This document shows, piece after piece, positions 28,314-32,000 of a stretch of DNA of 32,000 nucleotides. The notes under the pieces were generated by a model. The model was not told the origin of the DNA, did not search any database, and saw only the letters and a list, made by a program, of their open reading frames with translations. The stretch's first letter is position 1, and every line of letters begins with the position of its first letter. Origin of the DNA: Microcystis aeruginosa NIES-843. Lineage in GTDB: Bacteria > Cyanobacteriota > Cyanobacteriia > Cyanobacteriales > Microcystaceae. The DNA lies in the NCBI RefSeq assembly GCF_000010625.1, contig NC_010296.1, positions 1,290,001 through 1,322,000 on the forward strand, given 5' to 3'. The position numbers were made by a program, and so were the translations under genes.

Positions 28314-28459
28314 GTAGGATGGGTTAGCGGTAGCGTAAACTATGCGGGCGTTGGGTTTCATGCTTCAACCCAACCTACGTTCTACCTCAAAATCGGTAAA
28401 ACCCTACACCCCACACCCCACACCCTGCCCCCACGACAAACTTTTTCAGCAAACCCTAC
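28314..28459. repeat. Composite MITE-like repeat: long hairpin module, CCCCACA heptamers, then a MITE terminal sequence
   Basis: GTAGGATGGGTT (28314-28325) pairs with AACCCAACCTAC (28367-28378). An inner GTTGGGTT...AACCCAAC stem is present. Then ccccacaccccacaccctgcccccacgacaaaCTTTTTCAGCAAACCCTA, the same end as the MITE at 11040-11278. Confidence 0.6.
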
Positions 28460-29458
28460 CTATCTGGGGGCCTCTATGGTAGCGGGATTAGCGGTATTGG
28501 GAGTCTTGCTGGTGAACATTTGTATCAGACTAAAACCGACAAAAGCGAGTAAGGCTATGCCACCGATAGTAGCAACAATTTTACCCACGAGATTTTCTGT
28601 GCGGGGTTCTTCGGGGGCATCCTCGTTGGGATCCTCCGAATGGGCAAAACGATTGTAGAGGAAATCGAGGGCTTCATTGCGGAGTTCGTAGTAACGGGGA
28701 TCCTCGGTGATTTGGGAACGAACCCGGGGACGAGCAAAAGGCATCTTTAACACCTCACCGATTTTAGCGCTCGGGCCGTTGGTCATCATCACCAAGCGAT
28801 CGCACAAGAACAAAGCCTCATCGATATCGTGGGTAATCATCAACACAGTTAACTGGTGTTCTTGCCAGATTTTCAGCAATTCTTCCTGTAATTCCTCTTT
28901 GGTGATCGCATCTAAGGCCCCAAAGGGTTCATCGAGGATGAGGACTTGGGGACGAATGGCCAGGGCGCGGGCGATCGCAACCCGTTGTTTCATGCCTCCC
29001 GATAATTGGGGGGGTTTTTTCTGGGCTGCTTCTGTCAATCCCACTAGGGATAGATTTTCTTCCACGATCCTCACCTTCTCAGCGTGAGATTTTTGGGGAT
29101 AAACCGAACTAACCCCGATATAAACGTTCTCAAAGGCAGTTTTCCAGGGCAAAAGCGAATAATTTTGGAATACCATCATCCGGTCCGGTCCCGGTTCCTT
29201 AACCTCTTTATCCTGTAGCAGCACTTGCCCACGACTAGGAGAAGAAAACCCCGCCACCATATTTAAAAGAGTCGATTTACCGCAGCCGGAGTGACCGATA
29301 ATGCAGACAAATTCCCCCTCATTGACTTGCAGCTCCACACCGTCTAAAACGGTGTAAACCCCTTCGGGAGAGGGGTATTCTTTGGCAACATTACTAACTA
29401 ATAAAAAAGGCTGGGTGGTGGTGCTGGAATTCACGGTCTTATCGGTAAAAGTTTGCAT
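28460..29458 (-). CDS. Nitrate/nitrite or bicarbonate ABC transporter ATP-binding subunit (NrtD/CmpD type) with a hydrophobic C-terminal tail
   Basis: Walker A GHSGCGKST, signature LSGGMKQRVAIARAL, Walker B LILDEPFGALD, H-loop ITHD. It lies downstream of an NrtC/CmpC-type gene. The last ~60 aa include IVATIGGIALLAFVGFSLIQMF. Confidence 0.88.
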   Translation of the reverse strand: MQTFTDKTVNSSTTTQPFLLVSNVAKEYPSPEGVYTVLDGVELQVNEGEFVCIIGHSGCGKSTLLNMVAGFSSPSRGQVLLQDKEVKEPGPDRMMVFQNYSLLPWKTAFENVYIGVSSVYPQKSHAEKVRIVEENLSLVGLTEAAQKKPPQLSGGMKQRVAIARALAIRPQVLILDEPFGALDAITKEELQEELLKIWQEHQLTVLMITHDIDEALFLCDRLVMMTNGPSAKIGEVLKMPFARPRVRSQITEDPRYYELRNEALDFLYNRFAHSEDPNEDAPEEPRTENLVGKIVATIGGIALLAFVGFSLIQMFTSKTPNTANPATIEAPR

Positions 29459-29504
29459 ATTCGTCCTAGATTTATTTTAAGGTGGGCTTTGCCCACCACA
29501 ACCA

Positions 29505-31511
29505 TTAATTAGCGACGGGATCATCGAGGAGAACTTCCGAGACGCGATAATCGCGACGGATCGAAAAACGTTCCAGATAGCCGATCGGATCGTCGGGATT
29601 GAAAATAAGATGATCAAAGAGGGCAAAACTGTGGCGATTGGGTTCCAAATCGGGAAGGCCCAGGGACCTGCAAGCTTCGCCAAATAGATCGGGACGACGG
29701 ACGCGTTCAATCACTTCCACCCAGTTGCGAGGGAAAGGCGCGTAACCCCAACGGGCAAGCTGAGTAAGGGTCCATAGGGCCTCACTTCGGCCCGGACAGT
29801 TAGCTTGATCGACGTAAAACTGATTAAATCGGAATAGGGGTTCGGGGGCAGTTCCTAAACCGCGATCATAACCATCGAGGAAACCGGGGCGGATAATTGC
29901 CCTATCCACACCCACATACTGGGGCTGACTGAGAATATTAACGATATGTTCTCGATTACGCTGATCATCGCAGTATTCGCAGGCTTTAATTAAAGCTTTC
30001 ACCATGGCGATATGGGTTTCGGGATGTTTCGCTGCCCAAGTTTCCTTGACTCCGAGGACTTTTTCCTGGTGTCCGGGCCAAATATCAAGATCGGTGGCGA
30101 TAACGTAGCCTAATTTTTCGTGAACGGCGTAGGAGTTCCAGGGTTCCCCCACACAATAACCGTCGATCTTACCCGCTTTTAGTAGGGAAACCATCTGAGG
30201 CGGCGGAATTACGGCTAAATTCACATCACTATCGGGATCGATGCCGCCACTAGCTAACCAGTAGCGTAACAGTAGATTGTGCATGGAAGCAGGGTGAACC
30301 ATGCCGAAAGTGGCGATTTTATCGGGACTTTGCTGGAGGGCATCCTTTAAGTCCTCGAGTTTTTCTACCCCCAATTCCCTGTATTTATTGCTGAGGGTGA
30401 TGGCGTTACCGTTGCGACTGAGTACCAAAGCGCTAATCACGGGGACAGAGGGCTTATTGCCGGCCCCAATGGTCATGCTCAGGGGCATTCCCGCCACCAT
30501 CTGGGCCGCATCGAGACGACCGGTGGCCACTCCTTGGGCGAGTGCTTTCCAGTTGGGTTCCCGTTGCAGGATAACATCCTCTAATCCTTCCTCGGCGAAG
30601 AAACCTTTCTCTTTGGCAATAATAATCGGGGCGCAATCGGTGAGGGGGATAAAACCGATGGTAGGATTGGTTTTCAGTCGGGTAGCTTGGCCGATCACTG
30701 TTACTGGTTCGCTGGGTTGGCCGACTTTCTTCGATCGCTTCTGTTGGTTGAGGAAATAAACGATCTCGTTACGGAGGGAGTAGTAACTGGGGTGGTTAAC
30801 TACTTCTAAACGATGCCGGGGCCGGGGAATGGGAACATCGAGAATCTGACCGATATGGGCCTCCGGACCGGTGGTTAACATCACCACTCGATCGGATAGT
30901 AATAGGGCTTCATCCACATCGTGCGTGACCATGATACAGGTAACGTGGCTTTCCTCGACGATTTCCATCAAACGTTCCTGTAAATTGCCTCTGGTTAACG
31001 CATCCAGCGCCCCAAAGGGTTCATCGAGTAGCAGAACTTTTGGCCGTAGGGCTAAAGCGCGGGCGATCGCTACCCGTTGTTTCATGCCTCCCGATAATTC
31101 TCCCGGTCGTTTGTTGGCCGCATGGCGCAGGTGTACCATATCGATACTATGTTCGATGACACTTTTGCGTTCAGCAGCCGGCAGATGACGCAGCACACGG
31201 TTAACTCCTAGGGCGATATTTTCCCGGACGGTTAACCACGGCAGCAGCGAATAATTCTGGAACACCACCATGCGATCGGGACCGGGACCTTTAATTTCTT
31301 TTCCCTCTAAAATTACCCCTCCCACCGTCGGGCGATCGAGTCCAGCGACCATATTTAAGAGGGTGGATTTCCCGCAACCGGAGTGACCGATTAAAGAGAT
31401 AAATTCCCCTTGAGTAACGCTGAGATCGATATTTTTCAGGGCAATATATTGACGGCCATCGGGCAGAGGGAAAACCTTATCAATGTGATCGACTTCAATA
31501 AATGCAGACAT
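29505..31511 (-). CDS. Nitrate/nitrite or bicarbonate ABC transporter ATP-binding subunit with C-terminal NrtA/CmpA-like solute-binding domain (NrtC/CmpC type)
   Basis: 668 aa. The N-terminal ~260 aa form the ATPase (GHSGCGKST, LSGGMKQRVAIARAL, LLLDEPFGALD). The C-terminal ~400 aa form a periplasmic-binding-protein-like domain, the hallmark two-domain architecture of NrtC/CmpC. I cannot separate nrt from cmp by eye; no narB follows. Confidence 0.9.
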   Translation of the reverse strand: MSAFIEVDHIDKVFPLPDGRQYIALKNIDLSVTQGEFISLIGHSGCGKSTLLNMVAGLDRPTVGGVILEGKEIKGPGPDRMVVFQNYSLLPWLTVRENIALGVNRVLRHLPAAERKSVIEHSIDMVHLRHAANKRPGELSGGMKQRVAIARALALRPKVLLLDEPFGALDALTRGNLQERLMEIVEESHVTCIMVTHDVDEALLLSDRVVMLTTGPEAHIGQILDVPIPRPRHRLEVVNHPSYYSLRNEIVYFLNQQKRSKKVGQPSEPVTVIGQATRLKTNPTIGFIPLTDCAPIIIAKEKGFFAEEGLEDVILQREPNWKALAQGVATGRLDAAQMVAGMPLSMTIGAGNKPSVPVISALVLSRNGNAITLSNKYRELGVEKLEDLKDALQQSPDKIATFGMVHPASMHNLLLRYWLASGGIDPDSDVNLAVIPPPQMVSLLKAGKIDGYCVGEPWNSYAVHEKLGYVIATDLDIWPGHQEKVLGVKETWAAKHPETHIAMVKALIKACEYCDDQRNREHIVNILSQPQYVGVDRAIIRPGFLDGYDRGLGTAPEPLFRFNQFYVDQANCPGRSEALWTLTQLARWGYAPFPRNWVEVIERVRRPDLFGEACRSLGLPDLEPNRHSFALFDHLIFNPDDPIGYLERFSIRRDYRVSEVLLDDPVAN

Positions 31512-31661
31512 TTTCAGTTATCAGTTATTAGTTATCAGTTATCAGTTATCAGATGTGAGTTTTTAGTTTACTGTTTACTGTTTACTTAAAAAGCTCCCCA
31601 CACCCCACACCCCACACCCCACACCCTGCCCCCACCGAAAAACTTTTTGCCGCAAACCCTA
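31512..31661. repeat. Composite STRR block plus a MITE terminal sequence filling the intercistronic spacer
   Basis: (TTATCAG)n at 31515-31552, (TTTACTG)n at 31566-31586, (CCCCACA)n at 31597-31626, then ctgcccccaccgaaaaactttttgccgcaaacccta. The final cta is the complement of the stop codon of the upstream permease gene. Confidence 0.85.
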
Positions 31662-32000
31662 TTTATTTTCTTCGGGTACAACTAATTTAGCGATGTAGGC
31701 CATGAGGCGATCGAGTAAGAAACCAACAATACCCACATAAATCAGGGCGAGGATAATTTCACTGATCATGGAACTATTCCAAGCATCCCAGATAAAGAAG
31801 CCAATTCCCACGCCACCGATCAGCATTTCCGCCGCTACAATCGCCAACCAAGATAAACCGATACCGATTCTTAATCCCGTGAAAACGTAGGGAACAGTAG
31901 CGGGAAAAAGAATATTGAAAAAGTATTCAACTTTGGATAATTTTAGCACTCTAGAGACGTTTTTATAGTCTTGGGGAACCTGCTGTACTCCCACGGCCGT
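31659..32000 (-). CDS. NrtB/CmpB-type ABC transporter permease, C-terminal part (gene continues beyond the window)
   Basis: The frame is open to the window end. It shows the BPD-type inner-membrane permease C-terminus (hydrophobic helices, ...LDRLMAYIAKLVVPEENK) and sits upstream of the NrtC/CmpC-type gene on the same strand. Confidence 0.85.
   Translation of the reverse strand, partial: TAVGVQQVPQDYKNVSRVLKLSKVEYFFNILFPATVPYVFTGLRIGIGLSWLAIVAAEMLIGGVGIGFFIWDAWNSSMISEIILALIYVGIVGFLLDRLMAYIAKLVVPEENK

Overview
The window is a cyanobacterial chromosomal segment that looks Microcystis-like. The HIP1 palindrome GCGATCGC occurs more than a dozen times, nearly every intergenic spacer holds 7-8 nt tandem (STRR-type) arrays, and small MITE-like hairpin repeats are common. 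That taxonomic call is inference only, since no database search was possible.

The backbone is ordinary housekeeping. Called genes are:
- an Orn/Lys/Arg-decarboxylase-family enzyme and two membrane-anchored Ser/Thr kinases
- pyrG, a plant-type 2Fe-2S ferredoxin, def, crtE plus a DUF212/PAP2-like gene, and dapB
- plsY, an SDR oxidoreductase, a DrrA-like ABC ATPase, lpxD and a gamma-glutamyltransferase
- a TolC-family protein, a fused thiO-thiG gene, and the 3' part of an NrtBCD/CmpBCD-type ABC transporter operon

The accessory content, in order of interest:
1. An ORF-less group II intron of about 685 nt sits on the minus strand in the lpxD-ggt spacer. It has a 5' GTGCG, a textbook domain V and a tiny domain IV.
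2. Two tandem, divergent MNT(nucleotidyltransferase)/HEPN toxin-antitoxin-like pairs. The second HEPN has Asn in place of the catalytic His of the Rx4H motif.
3. A visibly A+T-rich island with no HIP1 site carries a lone 349-aa ParA/MinD-like ATPase, with repeat- and hairpin-rich non-coding flanks.
4. A decaying HigA-type antidote gene next to a roughly 19-codon relic of its toxin.
5. A 235-bp MITE with perfect 12-bp terminal inverted repeats (TIRs) and TA duplications. Its end sequence also abuts the stop codons of two nrt/cmp genes.
6. A 27-codon relic of an OLD/AAA_15-type ATPase N-terminus.

I found no rRNA, tRNA or CRISPR array.

All product calls rest on motif recognition by eye. Coordinates of features I located myself may be off by a few nt.
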